NCBI GenBank assembly: GCA_020048915.1
Contig: JAIFLU010000230.1
Span: forward strand, 12,697 to 76,696
From: Bacteroidota bacterium
GTDB lineage: Bacteria > Bacteroidota > Bacteroidia > Bacteroidales > JAAUTT01
DNA: 64,000 bases
Direction: 5' to 3'
Both the position numbers and the translations under genes were made by a program. The notes under the pieces are model-generated. The model did no database searches. It was not told the DNA's origin and worked only from the letters and a program-made list of their open reading frames with translations. Shown piece by piece: positions 1 to 10,417 of this stretch (position 1 is the stretch's first letter; every line of letters starts with the position of its first letter).

Positions 1-555
1 GGCAGTATTTACCAGGATATTGAATTTATTGCTTTTAGCTAGCCGGCTGGTATATTTGTACAGGATAGTATTATCGGTTTTCAGGTGAATAATGCCCTGT
101 GATTTTAAAAATGTCTGATATCGGGGCAGGAACCGGGAAGAGGTAAGCCTTTTTAAGGAACGGATCCGCTTCTCTTGCGGATCAGGAAAGGTGATCCAGA
201 TCTCGGATATTTCGTTCGCTGCAAAAAAGGAAGTTATTTGTTCGATCCGGGTTCTCAAAAAGCCCACGTTTGGTAAGGATTTCTCAAGTGCTTCTTTTGC
301 TCCCGCCCAAATACGGGCTCCTTTGATATCGACCCCTATAAAATTCTTATCGGGATATTTTTGTGCCAGCCCCAGCGTATATTCTCCCTTGCCACAACCT
401 AATTCCAGCACAATGGGATTGGTATTTTTAAAAAACGTCGAACTCCAGTTCCCTTTCAACGGGTGATCGGTATTGATAATATCGTCTAAAACCGGTTGGA
501 CAACATTGGTAAATGTTTCCATCTCAGCAAACCGCTGCAATTTATTCTTTCCCAC
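1..555 (-). CDS. trmB: tRNA (guanine-N7)-methyltransferase TrmB; 3' end runs off the window
   Basis: Not in the ORF track because it is open to the window edge. Reverse-strand translation from GTG at 555 gives (M)GKNKLQRFAEMETFTNVVQP...LELGCGKGEYTLGLAQKYPDKNFIGVDIKGARIW...ITFPDPQ. That is 185 codons with no stop down to base 1. Confidence 0.8.
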   Translation of the reverse strand, partial: MGKNKLQRFAEMETFTNVVQPVLDDIINTDHPLKGNWSSTFFKNTNPIVLELGCGKGEYTLGLAQKYPDKNFIGVDIKGARIWAGAKEALEKSLPNVGFLRTRIEQITSFFAANEISEIWITFPDPQEKRIRSLKRLTSSRFLPRYQTFLKSQGIIHLKTDNTILYKYTSRLAKSNKFNILVNTA

Positions 556-566
556 AATTCTTTATG

Positions 567-1073
567 TTATTTCGCTTTTTCGATTCGGATGCCTGCATCC
601 ATTATAAATGGTAATTTCTCATTGCGCATGGCATGTGCTAATTCAAAGGTATAAATTCCTTTATAAGGGAACTTCACATTCATTTTATAGGGGATTTGGT
701 TGTCCCAGATGTCGCCAATTCCATCTCCAAGCCATTTCCCCGAAGGATCGGCCAGGGTAAGTTCAACCGTGTCGCGGATACTTGCCCCTTTTGGTGAATG
801 GGTGGTTACAAACAGATATATATTACTGTATTGGTAACTATTGGCATTGCGAATATTCAGGAATAAGTTATGCGCTTCAAGAGTATCGGCAATGTCGACA
901 TCGAATTTTATTACATTATTTTTATCCCAAACAGCATCGGGAATGGTGGTGTTCTCTTCAAAAACCCGACGGGAATTACAACCTGAAAATAGAACAATCG
1001 CCAATAATATTATTACCGGCAGTTTGAATTTTATTTTTGTAGGCATCTGTATCATTTCTTTGATAAAGGTCAT
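567..1073 (-). CDS. gldH: gliding-motility lipoprotein GldH family
   Basis: 168-aa ORF with a lipoprotein signal (LLAIVLFSGC). Sequence pattern is typical of Bacteroidota GldH (NIYLFV..., GIYTFELAHAMR, AGIRIE). Lies directly downstream of the PSP1 gene. Confidence 0.7.
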   Translation of the reverse strand: MTFIKEMIQMPTKIKFKLPVIILLAIVLFSGCNSRRVFEENTTIPDAVWDKNNVIKFDVDIADTLEAHNLFLNIRNANSYQYSNIYLFVTTHSPKGASIRDTVELTLADPSGKWLGDGIGDIWDNQIPYKMNVKFPYKGIYTFELAHAMRNEKLPFIMDAGIRIEKAK

Positions 1074-1096
1074 TTAAGGCATTATAAAAATATCCT

Positions 1097-2308
1097 TTAT
1101 TGCGGATTTTGAGGCCTTGGCTTGTTTCTCCGCTTATTTCTGTTATGGTGGTGTTGCGGCTTTTTATCCTGAAAACGGGTTAAACTTTCCTGTCCTACCA
1201 CATTATGATACGATAGGTCTTTCTGGCGTTCTTCTTCTGTTTCAATTATTTTTTTAACCTTAACTCCTTCTTTGTTCAGTTTGATAATTTCGTTAACCCG
1301 TTCTACAGGCACTGGGACAAGGTTAACAGAATCTTCTTTCGAAAAGGTATACCACATTAACCTGCGGAAGACATCCGTTTTAAAATGATACGCAGTACCA
1401 TCAAAAATTTCCAGATGAATTTCGGTATTAGGGAAATCCTGGCGGGCATCGGCATAAACCTTAAGTTCGTAGTTAATGCAGCATTTCAGTTTTCCGCACT
1501 GACCGGCCAATTTGGTCGGATTTAAGGATACTTCCTGGTAACGGGCGGCATTGGTTGTTACCGAAACAAAGTTCGAAAGCCAGGTACTGCAGCATAATTC
1601 ACGACCGCACGATCCTATCCCACCGATGCGTCCAGCTTCCTGACGCGCACCTATTTGTTTCATTTCAATCCGGACCTTAAATTCTTCGGCCAGTAATTTT
1701 ATCAATTCGCGGAAATCGACCCGATCGTCAGCGATGTAATAAAATATTGCTTTGGTTTTATCGCCCTGATATTCCACATCGCCAATTTTCATATTAAGCT
1801 CCAGCTTGGAAGCTATTTGGCGGGAACGAAGCATGGTGTGGTTCTCCTGTTCTATTGCCTGAATCCATTTTTCGATGTCGACCGACTTTGCTTTGCGGTA
1901 AACCTTTTTCATTTCTTCGTTATCGGCCAATCGGAAGTTTGTGCGCGATATCTGTCGTAAAACCAGTTCACCGGTAAGGGAAACAATTCCAATATCGTGA
2001 CCCGGAGATGCCTCCACAGCAATTATATCGCCAGGTACCAAACGAATTTTATTTACATTCTTATAAAATCCTTTTCGGGTATTTTTAAAACGAACTTCGA
2101 CCACATCTCCATCCCTGAGTGATTCAGGAATGTCTTCGAGCCAATCGAATGTATCCAGCTTATTGCATCCAACAGCTTTACACGATAGCACCACATCAGA
2201 ACTATCGGTGGTAGGATTAAAACTCCCGCGGGAGAGGCATATATCTTTGCTATTCATTACAATCTTCTTTAAAAAATACAAACCTACACGAAATTTGCCA
2301 AATGCCAA
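1097..2308 (-). CDS. PSP1 domain protein (YaaT/RicT-like)
   Basis: Cys-rich PSP1 signatures GSCGRELCCSTWL and GQCGKLKCCINYE. The true start may be the internal Met at 2257 (MNSKD...). Confidence 0.8.
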   Translation of the reverse strand: MAFGKFRVGLYFLKKIVMNSKDICLSRGSFNPTTDSSDVVLSCKAVGCNKLDTFDWLEDIPESLRDGDVVEVRFKNTRKGFYKNVNKIRLVPGDIIAVEASPGHDIGIVSLTGELVLRQISRTNFRLADNEEMKKVYRKAKSVDIEKWIQAIEQENHTMLRSRQIASKLELNMKIGDVEYQGDKTKAIFYYIADDRVDFRELIKLLAEEFKVRIEMKQIGARQEAGRIGGIGSCGRELCCSTWLSNFVSVTTNAARYQEVSLNPTKLAGQCGKLKCCINYELKVYADARQDFPNTEIHLEIFDGTAYHFKTDVFRRLMWYTFSKEDSVNLVPVPVERVNEIIKLNKEGVKVKKIIETEEERQKDLSYHNVVGQESLTRFQDKKPQHHHNRNKRRNKPRPQNPQ

Positions 2309-2328
2309 ATTAAGCGATCAATTCAGTT

Positions 2329-3858
2329 TTATTCTATCGAATTTACAGCCTTGCTAATACGACTTATGACTTCCTCTTTACCCAGAAATTCCATAATTAC
2401 CGGCAGGTCGGGACCTTTAGATGTGCCCACCATTGCCAGCCGCAAGCAATTCATTATCTGCCCGAAATTATATTGACGACTTTCCAGAAAATGATGCAAG
2501 GCGTTGTGTATACTTTCGGCCGAGAATTCTTCGAGAGTTGAAAGCAGTTCCGAAACTTCTTTTAAAATAGCCGGCACCTCTGGTTTCCAGCGTTTTTTAA
2601 TTACTTCGGCATCGTATACATCGGGGGCAATAAAGAAAAAGGAAGCCTGCTCCCACATTTCTTTCACAAAATTTACCCGTTCTTTAACCAGCGAACAAAT
2701 GAATTCAACCTTTGAAGGGTCTGCATTAACTCCTTTTTCCAGAAGGAATGGAAGAAAAATTTCGGCTAGCTCTTTATCCGTTTTTTTAATTAAATATTGG
2801 TGGTTAAACCATTTGGCCTTTTCAAAATCGAAACGAGCCCCGGCCTTGTGAATATGGTCGATTGAGAACGCTTCCGAAAGTTGTTCCATCGAAAAGAGCT
2901 CCTGCTCTGTTCCGGGGTTCCATCCTAAAAAGGCAAGGATATTGATAAACGCTTCGGGAAAATATCCCGATTCCTTATACCCCGACGAAATTTCACCCGT
3001 AGCAGGGTCAGTCCACTGAAGCGGAAATACCGGAAAGCCCAGTTTATCAGCATCGCGTTTGCTGAGTTTACCTTTTCCATCGGGTTTAAGCAATAAAGGA
3101 AGGTGCGCAAATTGAGGCATAGCATTTTCCCAGCCGAAACTTCGGTACAACAATACATGCAACGGGAGGGAGGGCAGCCACTCTTCGCCCCGGATTACAT
3201 GCGATATCTTCATCAGATAATCATCCACCACATTGGCCAGGTGGTAAGTAGGCATGCCATCCGATTTGAAAAGTACCTTATCGTCGAGGGTGGAAGTATT
3301 AACATGCACTTCGCCCCGAATGAGATCGGTTGCTAAAAGTTCTTCATTGGCAGGCATGTTAAAGCGAATCACATAAGGATTTCCTGCTTTAAGCTTTTCT
3401 TCCACTTCTGATTTTGAAAGGGTGAGCGAATTTTTCATACTGCCACGGTTCGCGGGACAATAAGAAGTATTCGGTGCTTTTTCGGTTTCGAGTTGTTTAC
3501 GCATAGCCTCCAGCTCTTCGGGAGTATCGAACGCATAGTAAGCATTTCCTTTGGCAATCAGTTCATCGGCATATTTACGGTACAAATGTTTGCGGTCGCT
3601 CTGGCGATAAGGAGCAAATTCGCCACCTTGTTCAATTCCTTCATCAATAGTAATTCCACTCCATTTGAGAGAATCCATTATATATCGCTCAGCTCCGGGC
3701 ACGAAACGGGTTTGGTCGGTATCTTCGATGCGTAAAATAAACCTTCCGCCTAATTTTTTTGCAAAAAAGTAATTATAAAGCGCTGTTCGAACACCACCAA
3801 TATGTAAAGGGCCCGTGGGACTTGGGGCAAATCGTACGCGAATTTTCTGATCGGTCAT
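2329..3858 (-). CDS. gltX: glutamate--tRNA ligase
   Basis: 509 aa. Class I HIGH motif (PTGPLHIGGVRTALYNY) and KMSKS-type KLSKRD. Confidence 0.95.
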   Translation of the reverse strand: MTDQKIRVRFAPSPTGPLHIGGVRTALYNYFFAKKLGGRFILRIEDTDQTRFVPGAERYIMDSLKWSGITIDEGIEQGGEFAPYRQSDRKHLYRKYADELIAKGNAYYAFDTPEELEAMRKQLETEKAPNTSYCPANRGSMKNSLTLSKSEVEEKLKAGNPYVIRFNMPANEELLATDLIRGEVHVNTSTLDDKVLFKSDGMPTYHLANVVDDYLMKISHVIRGEEWLPSLPLHVLLYRSFGWENAMPQFAHLPLLLKPDGKGKLSKRDADKLGFPVFPLQWTDPATGEISSGYKESGYFPEAFINILAFLGWNPGTEQELFSMEQLSEAFSIDHIHKAGARFDFEKAKWFNHQYLIKKTDKELAEIFLPFLLEKGVNADPSKVEFICSLVKERVNFVKEMWEQASFFFIAPDVYDAEVIKKRWKPEVPAILKEVSELLSTLEEFSAESIHNALHHFLESRQYNFGQIMNCLRLAMVGTSKGPDLPVIMEFLGKEEVISRISKAVNSIE

Positions 3859-3873
3859 AATCTATTTTTTTGC

Positions 3874-3881
3874 AAAAATAA
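3874..3881 (-). promoter_or_regulatory. candidate Bacteroidota -7 promoter box (TATTTTTG) for gltX
   Basis: The reverse strand reads TATTTTTG, matching the TAnnTTTG consensus, 15 nt upstream of the gltX ATG. AT-rich context, so chance matches are possible. Confidence 0.35.
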
Positions 3882-4104
3882 CAGGAAGGGCGAATTAATC
3901 CTAAATTGTGTGATATAAAAACCAATGAGGTGAAATTTAGGGTTTTATTTGTCTCCGAAATTCTTTCATTTCAGAAAGCAACTGAATTTACTTCAAAAAG
4001 GCGGATTAGACAATTGACCATTTAAGGAAAGAGAGCTGTATGTTTTGAACTTCTTTGATATAAATTTGTATTGAATACATTATCATTTAATACCATACAA
4101 AGCC

Positions 4105-4530
4105 ATGCGACAGAAACTAAATATTATTACCCTGGGTGTTGAAAGCATCGAACGGGCACTTTCATTTTATGAAAAAGGGCTGGGTTGGAAAAGATCATCA
4201 GTCAGTACAGACGATTTTATACTATTTCCGCTAGGAGGAATTGTATTTGCCCTTTATCCCCGCAAACTGCTTGCAGAAGATGCTGCCGTAAGCGAAGCAG
4301 GATCTGGCTTCTCAGGTATTACGCTTGCTTATAATGCCAAATCGGAACAGGAAGTCGACGAAGTAATGGCAGAAGTTGAGAAGCTTGGAGCTACCATGGT
4401 GAAGCCTGCCCAAAAAGTTTATTGGGGCGGTTATAGCGGATATTTCAAGGATTTGGACGGACACTTGTTTGAGGTAGCGCATAATCCATTTTTGGAATTT
4501 GATGGAAATGATAATATTATTGCTCCCTGA
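4105..4530 (+). CDS. VOC (glyoxalase/bleomycin-resistance fold) family protein
   Basis: 141 aa. N-terminal ITLGVESIERALSFYEKGLGW and C-terminal DLDGHLFEV pattern typical of VOC proteins. Confidence 0.7.
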   Translation: MRQKLNIITLGVESIERALSFYEKGLGWKRSSVSTDDFILFPLGGIVFALYPRKLLAEDAAVSEAGSGFSGITLAYNAKSEQEVDEVMAEVEKLGATMVKPAQKVYWGGYSGYFKDLDGHLFEVAHNPFLEFDGNDNIIAP

Positions 4531-4622
4531 TTGCTTTATCCGGTTTGCATTGAAAGATTATGCCCAACTCATACGGGATTTTATAAAAATCTGCATAGTG
4601 GCTAAATCAGATGGTAAATCTT

Positions 4623-5612
4623 TTAGAATTCAAAAAGCCGCATTTGCGAAAAGAGCTCAAACATGCCACCGGTGTGGATAAAGAGGATATTTTTAGCATC
4701 TTTAAATGTGCCTTTTTTAATCTCGTTTACTAATCCAAACATGGCTTTCCCGGTATACACATTGTCGAGGATTATCCCTTCGAGTTGTGCCAATCGGATA
4801 ATAAATTTCAGCTCTTCGGGAGTGCTTAAGGCATAACCTCTGCCTACATACCCATCGATTATCTTAATTTCATCTTTCGATAGATACATTGATTTTTTCA
4901 AATAAGTTGTGCTTTCATGAAATATCGCTTCAATGCAGCTCTCAAAATACGTTTTATCGGCTCCAACATTTATTCCAACGATATCGGCTTTATGGTTCAA
5001 AAGTTTTTTCGCTAATAATAACCCGGAATAAGTTCCTCCTGATCCTACAGCAATTACTACGGAATCGAAATTAATTCCTGATTCTTTTTCCTGAGTAATA
5101 ATTTCCTCCATGGCAATAAAGTAACCAAAAGAGCCAATGCCATTTGAAGCTCCTTCGGGAATAATATAAGGGCGGAAACCTTCTTTTTCTTTTTGCAGCT
5201 TTATCTCGTTCATAATTTCATTTCGTTGCTGGCTATATTGTTCGGCGGTAATAAAAACGATTTCGGCCCCCAGCATTTTATCCAGAAAAAGATTTCCTTC
5301 CGGTTCAGAATCCGAATTTCCTCGTAATACCAGGCACGATTTCATCCCTAACCGGGTCGCAACAGCGGCAGTGGCTCTGCAATGGTTCGATTGGATTCCC
5401 CCGCAAGTAATTAAATAATTACATCCCCGATCGATTGCCTCTTTTACGGTAAATTCCAATTTCCGCACCTTATTCCCCGAAAATTCCATTCCGGTTTGAT
5501 CGTCGCGTTTAATATAGATTGCAGGCCCATTTAATTCTTTCGAAAGGCGATCGAGTTTTTCGATTCGGGTAGGTAAATTGGCCAGACGAATTCTTCCAGG
5601 GATGATTATCAT
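4623..5612 (-). CDS. PLP-dependent ACC deaminase / D-cysteine desulfhydrase family protein
   Basis: 329 aa. Lysine motif SGNKVRKLEF and CGGIQSNH. Confidence 0.8.
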   Translation of the reverse strand: MIIIPGRIRLANLPTRIEKLDRLSKELNGPAIYIKRDDQTGMEFSGNKVRKLEFTVKEAIDRGCNYLITCGGIQSNHCRATAAVATRLGMKSCLVLRGNSDSEPEGNLFLDKMLGAEIVFITAEQYSQQRNEIMNEIKLQKEKEGFRPYIIPEGASNGIGSFGYFIAMEEIITQEKESGINFDSVVIAVGSGGTYSGLLLAKKLLNHKADIVGINVGADKTYFESCIEAIFHESTTYLKKSMYLSKDEIKIIDGYVGRGYALSTPEELKFIIRLAQLEGIILDNVYTGKAMFGLVNEIKKGTFKDAKNILFIHTGGMFELFSQMRLFEF

Positions 5613-5850
5613 GTGTTTTATTTTTGAGTTCGATAAATCTAAAACGAATATAGGGAGGTTTGACCAACCTTTAATTTTCTAAAGCGTAAAAAAAGGGAAA
5701 AATAATTAGTAAAGAAATTTTGCAACAGATACCGGCCTAACTTATTATATCAGTTGCTAAAATGAAAACAAACAACTTGTGAATTCATTTATAATTGTTT
5801 TCTTTCGGATATATTAATAAGTAGTTAACCTTAAATTTATATCAGCTTGT

Positions 5851-8085
5851 ATGGAGAAGTGGAAGGTTTTATTGGTGCTGATTGCAATTCTCGTTCTTAA
5901 TCCCAATGGCCAGGCTCAGGTTGTAGATCATTGGGAGACTATTATAAATGCATCAGATACCTGGAAGTACACCATACCATCTGTGGAACCGGATACAAAC
6001 TGGAGATATCCTGTTTTTAACGATGCATCGTGGAGCAGCGGACCAGGAGGTTTTGGTTATGGCGATAACGATGATGGTACTATTGTCCCCAATGGCACGG
6101 TAAGCGTTTATTTTCGAAAAACATTTAATGCTGCAGATACTTCTAAAATTATGCAGCTTATACTGCATGCCGATTATGATGATGCATTTGTTGCATATCT
6201 TAACGGTAGGGAAATTGCCAGGGGTGGAGGGTTAACCGATAAATATCCGCCCTTTAATCAAAAATCGGCAAGTACCCATGAAGCCGGGATGTATAACGAT
6301 ATCAGGCCCGATGGTTATTTACTGACTTTTGAAACTACCAGAAAATTTCTTAAGAATGGAGAAAATGTTCTGTCGGTTCAGGTACATAACGATGCAACTA
6401 CATCATCCGATTTATCCTGTATTGTATTTCTTTCAGCCGGCATAAAAGGTCAATCGGTTGTTTTTGGACCTACGCCCGGATGGTTTAGAGTGCCTGTGCA
6501 AACCGGAGTTTCGAATTTGCCTATTGTTATGATTAATACAAACGGGCAGCCAATTTTAGACAATGAGAAAATCAAAGCACATATGTCCATAATTTTCAAT
6601 GGCGAAGGGATATTAAATCGTATAACAGATCCGGCTAATAACTATGATGGTTTTATTGGAATAGAACTCAGAGGCTCATCATCTGCCAGCTTCCCCAAAA
6701 AATCGTATGGGGTAGAAACCAGAACCGCCTTAGATTCGAACCTGAATGTTTCTCTTTTAGGACTTCCTGCTGAAAATGATTGGGTATTATATGCACCCTA
6801 TTCCGATAAAACCTTTCTGCGCGACATTTTAGCCTATAAATTGGGAACTGAAATGGGGCATTATGCTCCCCGCACCCGGTTATGTGAACTCTATCTGGAA
6901 AATAATTACCAGGGGGTATATGTTCTCATGGAAAAGATTAAGCAAGATAAGAACAGGGTAAATATTTCGGATTTAAAAACAACAGAAGTTTCGGGAAAAG
7001 ACATTACCGGAGGATATATTTTTAAAATTGATAAGGCTACCGGCACAAATAACGACGGCTGGACTTCTCAATTTAAGTCAAAACATGCGAATAAAGACAT
7101 TAACTTTTTATATCACTATCCAAAACCAGATGAAATTACAGAGGTTCAAAAAAACTATATAGCCACCTACGTTTCCCAGTTCGAAAATACCTTGAAATCT
7201 GATTTTTTTGCGAATTCGCAAATCGGGTATCAGAAATTTGTCGATGTAGCTTCGTTTGTCGATTATTTTCTGATTAACGAAATATCAAAAAATGTAGATG
7301 GATATCGGATCAGTTCGTTCTTCCATAAAAACAGGGAAGATAAAGGTGGTAAATTGATTGCCGGTCCGCTATGGGATTATAACCTGGGGTTTGGAAATGC
7401 TGATTATTACGATGGGGCAAATACGACAGGTTGGTTTTTTAATAATTCTTTCAATTTGGACGATTACTGGCAGGTTCCATTCTGGTGGGAGCGATTTTTA
7501 GAAGATCCTTATTATTGCAGTGTTTTAAACGACCGGTATAACCAGTTTCGGCAAACTATTCTGAAAACTGATCGCATTAAGAGTTACATTGATTCGGTTG
7601 CTCTGGTTTTGCAGGATCCGCAAGATAGGAATTACAGCCGATGGGATATTTTAGGGGAGTATGTTTGGCCTAATCCAACCTATCCGGAAACATACCAGCA
7701 GGAAATTAATAATTTAAAGTCCTGGATCAGCGACCGACTTTGGTGGATCGATAATAACCTCCCCAAAATACTAATTCTGTCAGGGCAGGAAGACCTTCAT
7801 CGTATTGTAAATAATGCCGCTGTTGTTTATCCTAATCCATTCAGCGAAAAATTCTATGTTGAATTATTTCCCGATCAGGATGCAAAATATGCCAGCATTT
7901 CATTATACGATCTTACCGGGAAACTTCTCTTTACGGGGCAATCGGATATAAGCTCCACTGAAAAAGCACTTTACTCAATTTCCGATCATAGCAGCATTTG
8001 CTCGAATATACCTGTAGGGATGTATTTGTTAAAAATAAAGCTTGACACAGGTCAGGAATTTCAAAGTAAAATTGTGAAGAAATAA
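5851..8085 (+). CDS. CotH kinase-family protein with T9SS C-terminal sorting domain
   Basis: 744 aa with a signal peptide. CotH-like core (YRISSFFHKN, GPLWDYNLGFGN). Last ~80 aa resemble a T9SS type A sorting domain (VYPNPFSEKFYVEL...MYLLKIKL). Confidence 0.75.
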   Translation: MEKWKVLLVLIAILVLNPNGQAQVVDHWETIINASDTWKYTIPSVEPDTNWRYPVFNDASWSSGPGGFGYGDNDDGTIVPNGTVSVYFRKTFNAADTSKIMQLILHADYDDAFVAYLNGREIARGGGLTDKYPPFNQKSASTHEAGMYNDIRPDGYLLTFETTRKFLKNGENVLSVQVHNDATTSSDLSCIVFLSAGIKGQSVVFGPTPGWFRVPVQTGVSNLPIVMINTNGQPILDNEKIKAHMSIIFNGEGILNRITDPANNYDGFIGIELRGSSSASFPKKSYGVETRTALDSNLNVSLLGLPAENDWVLYAPYSDKTFLRDILAYKLGTEMGHYAPRTRLCELYLENNYQGVYVLMEKIKQDKNRVNISDLKTTEVSGKDITGGYIFKIDKATGTNNDGWTSQFKSKHANKDINFLYHYPKPDEITEVQKNYIATYVSQFENTLKSDFFANSQIGYQKFVDVASFVDYFLINEISKNVDGYRISSFFHKNREDKGGKLIAGPLWDYNLGFGNADYYDGANTTGWFFNNSFNLDDYWQVPFWWERFLEDPYYCSVLNDRYNQFRQTILKTDRIKSYIDSVALVLQDPQDRNYSRWDILGEYVWPNPTYPETYQQEINNLKSWISDRLWWIDNNLPKILILSGQEDLHRIVNNAAVVYPNPFSEKFYVELFPDQDAKYASISLYDLTGKLLFTGQSDISSTEKALYSISDHSSICSNIPVGMYLLKIKLDTGQEFQSKIVKK

Positions 8086-8187
8086 GATTTCGGAAAGAAT
8101 TCAGATTTTCGAAATCGTGATATTTCATTGAAAAGTTTAAATTTGGATGCGATTGTCGGGTATGATGATCGCACCAAATATGAAAAA

Positions 8188-9504
8188 ATGAGCCAGTCCC
8201 TTCCCGAAAAAAACAATAAAAAGATTATTAATGCATGGTGTTCTTACGATGTAGCCAATTCGGCCTACAGTTTAACGATCGGAACCGCTCTTTATCCTAT
8301 CTACTACCAGGAAGTTACTAATCAGACCTGGGGCTCCAGTATTGTTCAATTTGCCGGGAAAAGCTTCCAAAATACCGTACTTTACGATTATGCCCTGGCG
8401 TGTGGCTATCTTTTAATTATCTTTCTTACACCCTTGCTTTCGGGTATTGCCGATTCGGGTGGCTACCGAAAACGCTTTATGCAGTTTTTTACTTTGCTTG
8501 GAGCACTTTCCTGTATTGGATTGTATGGATTTAATGGTGATAACATGCTCGTAGGGGTTGGTCTTCCGGCTTTAGCAGTGGTAGGATTCGCCGGATCGCT
8601 TGTTTATTATAATTCGTTTTTACCCATTATTGCCACACCCGATAAACATGATATTATTAGCGCCCGTGGCTTTTCGTGGGGTTATGCCGGGAGTATGCTG
8701 TTATTAATTTTCAACCTTTTTTCAATCGAAAAATACGAATGGTTCGGATTTGCCGGAAAGTTGGATGCGGTTCGTTTTGCTTTCCTGGAGGTTGGAGTTT
8801 GGTGGTTGGTTATTTCGCAGTTTGCCTTTTACCACTTAAAAGAATTTAAAGGGAATTTTAGTCTTAAAACCCATGTCTTTACCAAAGGATTTAATGAGAT
8901 TATTAATGTATTTAAAGCCGTTAGAAAGCAAAACCGGATGCGGCTTTTTTTATTATCGTTCTTCTTATTTAGTGTAGGTGTTCAGACAATTATTTTAGTG
9001 GCTACCTTATTTGGGAGCAAGGAATTAGGCATTACCGGACCAAAACTGATTATTACAATTTTACTGATCCAAATTTTGGCAATTGTTGGCGCTACTTTTT
9101 TTGGCAGAGTGTCTGCTAAATATGGAAATAAAAAATCATTGATTTCCATGCTCATCATTTGGACTATTGTTTGTCTGGTCGCATATTTCATTCAAACAGA
9201 CGTTCATTTCTTTATTCTTGCTTCCATGGTAGGACTAGTGATGGGGGGAATACAATCGCAGGCCCGTTCAACTTATTCAAAAATGATTCCCGAAAATTCG
9301 ATTGATACTTCTTCGTATTTTAGCTTTTACGATATTACCGAAAAAGCTGCGATTGTGGTGGGAATGTTTAGTTTCGGTTTTTTGGAACAGGTTACCGGCA
9401 GTATGCGCAATAGCACTCTGTTTTTAGCGTTCCTTTTTTTTGTGAGTTTAATAATTGTGTTTAATTCAACTTTTGAAAAAAAGCAGGATGAATTTTTCTT
9501 ATAG
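8188..9504 (+). CDS. MFS transporter (UMF1/Atg22-like)
   Basis: The longest ORF starts at TTG 8128, but ATG 8188 (MSQSLPEKNNKK) is more plausible. Polytopic with about 12 hydrophobic segments and an N-terminal WCSYDVANSAY pattern. Confidence 0.7.
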   Translation: MSQSLPEKNNKKIINAWCSYDVANSAYSLTIGTALYPIYYQEVTNQTWGSSIVQFAGKSFQNTVLYDYALACGYLLIIFLTPLLSGIADSGGYRKRFMQFFTLLGALSCIGLYGFNGDNMLVGVGLPALAVVGFAGSLVYYNSFLPIIATPDKHDIISARGFSWGYAGSMLLLIFNLFSIEKYEWFGFAGKLDAVRFAFLEVGVWWLVISQFAFYHLKEFKGNFSLKTHVFTKGFNEIINVFKAVRKQNRMRLFLLSFFLFSVGVQTIILVATLFGSKELGITGPKLIITILLIQILAIVGATFFGRVSAKYGNKKSLISMLIIWTIVCLVAYFIQTDVHFFILASMVGLVMGGIQSQARSTYSKMIPENSIDTSSYFSFYDITEKAAIVVGMFSFGFLEQVTGSMRNSTLFLAFLFFVSLIIVFNSTFEKKQDEFFL

Positions 9505-9572
9505 GTTATATGATGAATAGGGGATCGTTAATTCGAATAATTTATAACCGATAATATAATCACAACAGCCCC

Positions 9573-10205
9573 ATGAAATATAATGTCTTAATTTTTGTAA
9601 TATCTTGTTTTACAATAACTCTTGGTTTTTCGCAACAAGCACCAATAAATAAAAAAATGAATACTGCCTTAATCATAATTGATATTCAAAACGATTATTT
9701 TGTAAATGGAACAATGTCACTGGTAGGTTCCTACGAAGCCAGCCTAAATGCAAAACAAATTTTGGATAAGTTTAGGAGAGACAATCTGCCAGTAATACAT
9801 ATTCAGCATATTGCAACTCGACCAACAGCAACATTTTTTCTCCCAAATACAAAAGGGTCAGAAATTCATGAAAATGTCCGACCAATTGCAGGAGAAAAAA
9901 TAATAGTAAAACATTTCCCTAATAGTTTTCGGGAAACTGAGCTGCTAACTTATTTACATGATAAAAATATTACCGATATGGTTATCTGCGGAATGATGAC
10001 CCATATGTGCATAGATGCAACTACCCGCGCCGCAAAAGATTTTGGCTTTAATTGCATATTGATAGGAGATGCTTGTGCAACCAAAAATCTTGAAATCGAT
10101 GGGAAGGTTGTAAATTCCGTCGATGTTCATAATAGCTTTTTGGCAGCACTGAACTCAACATATGCTGCAATTAAAAACACCGATAAGTATTTGCTCGAAA
10201 AGTAG
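9573..10205 (+). CDS. isochorismatase-family cysteine hydrolase with signal peptide
   Basis: 210 aa. Signal-like N-terminus, then ALIIIDIQNDYF and catalytic Cys context ICGMMTHMCIDAT. Confidence 0.8.
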   Translation: MKYNVLIFVISCFTITLGFSQQAPINKKMNTALIIIDIQNDYFVNGTMSLVGSYEASLNAKQILDKFRRDNLPVIHIQHIATRPTATFFLPNTKGSEIHENVRPIAGEKIIVKHFPNSFRETELLTYLHDKNITDMVICGMMTHMCIDATTRAAKDFGFNCILIGDACATKNLEIDGKVVNSVDVHNSFLAALNSTYAAIKNTDKYLLEK

Positions 10206-10417
10206 AGGCAAAATACTGCTCCTGTCAGCCTAACGTTCATTTAATTGCAAGGTTTTCCTTTGGTAAAATTTCTTGATAATGTTTTTAATTTCCCCCTTTT
10301 AAAAACTATCACTACCTTAGTTTAGAATGGGGAGGTTTTAATATAAGTGTATTATTCAAATTTAGCCATAGATATTTTGTTAATTTGTAATTGAAAGAAG
10401 ATAATTTCCAACTTGCC

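Noticed and set aside
191-466. Track ORFs lying antisense inside longer, motif-supported genes. Examples are 191-466, 782-1077, 2504-2851, 3103-3336, 15151-15580, 45749-46181, 59881-60375, 60572-60874 and 60985-61494.
   Set aside because: Each is fully embedded opposite a gene with clear family signatures (trmB, gldH, gltX, ada, the histidine kinase, hsdM, the DinD-like gene). Their translations are low-complexity and carry no motifs. They are shadow ORFs.
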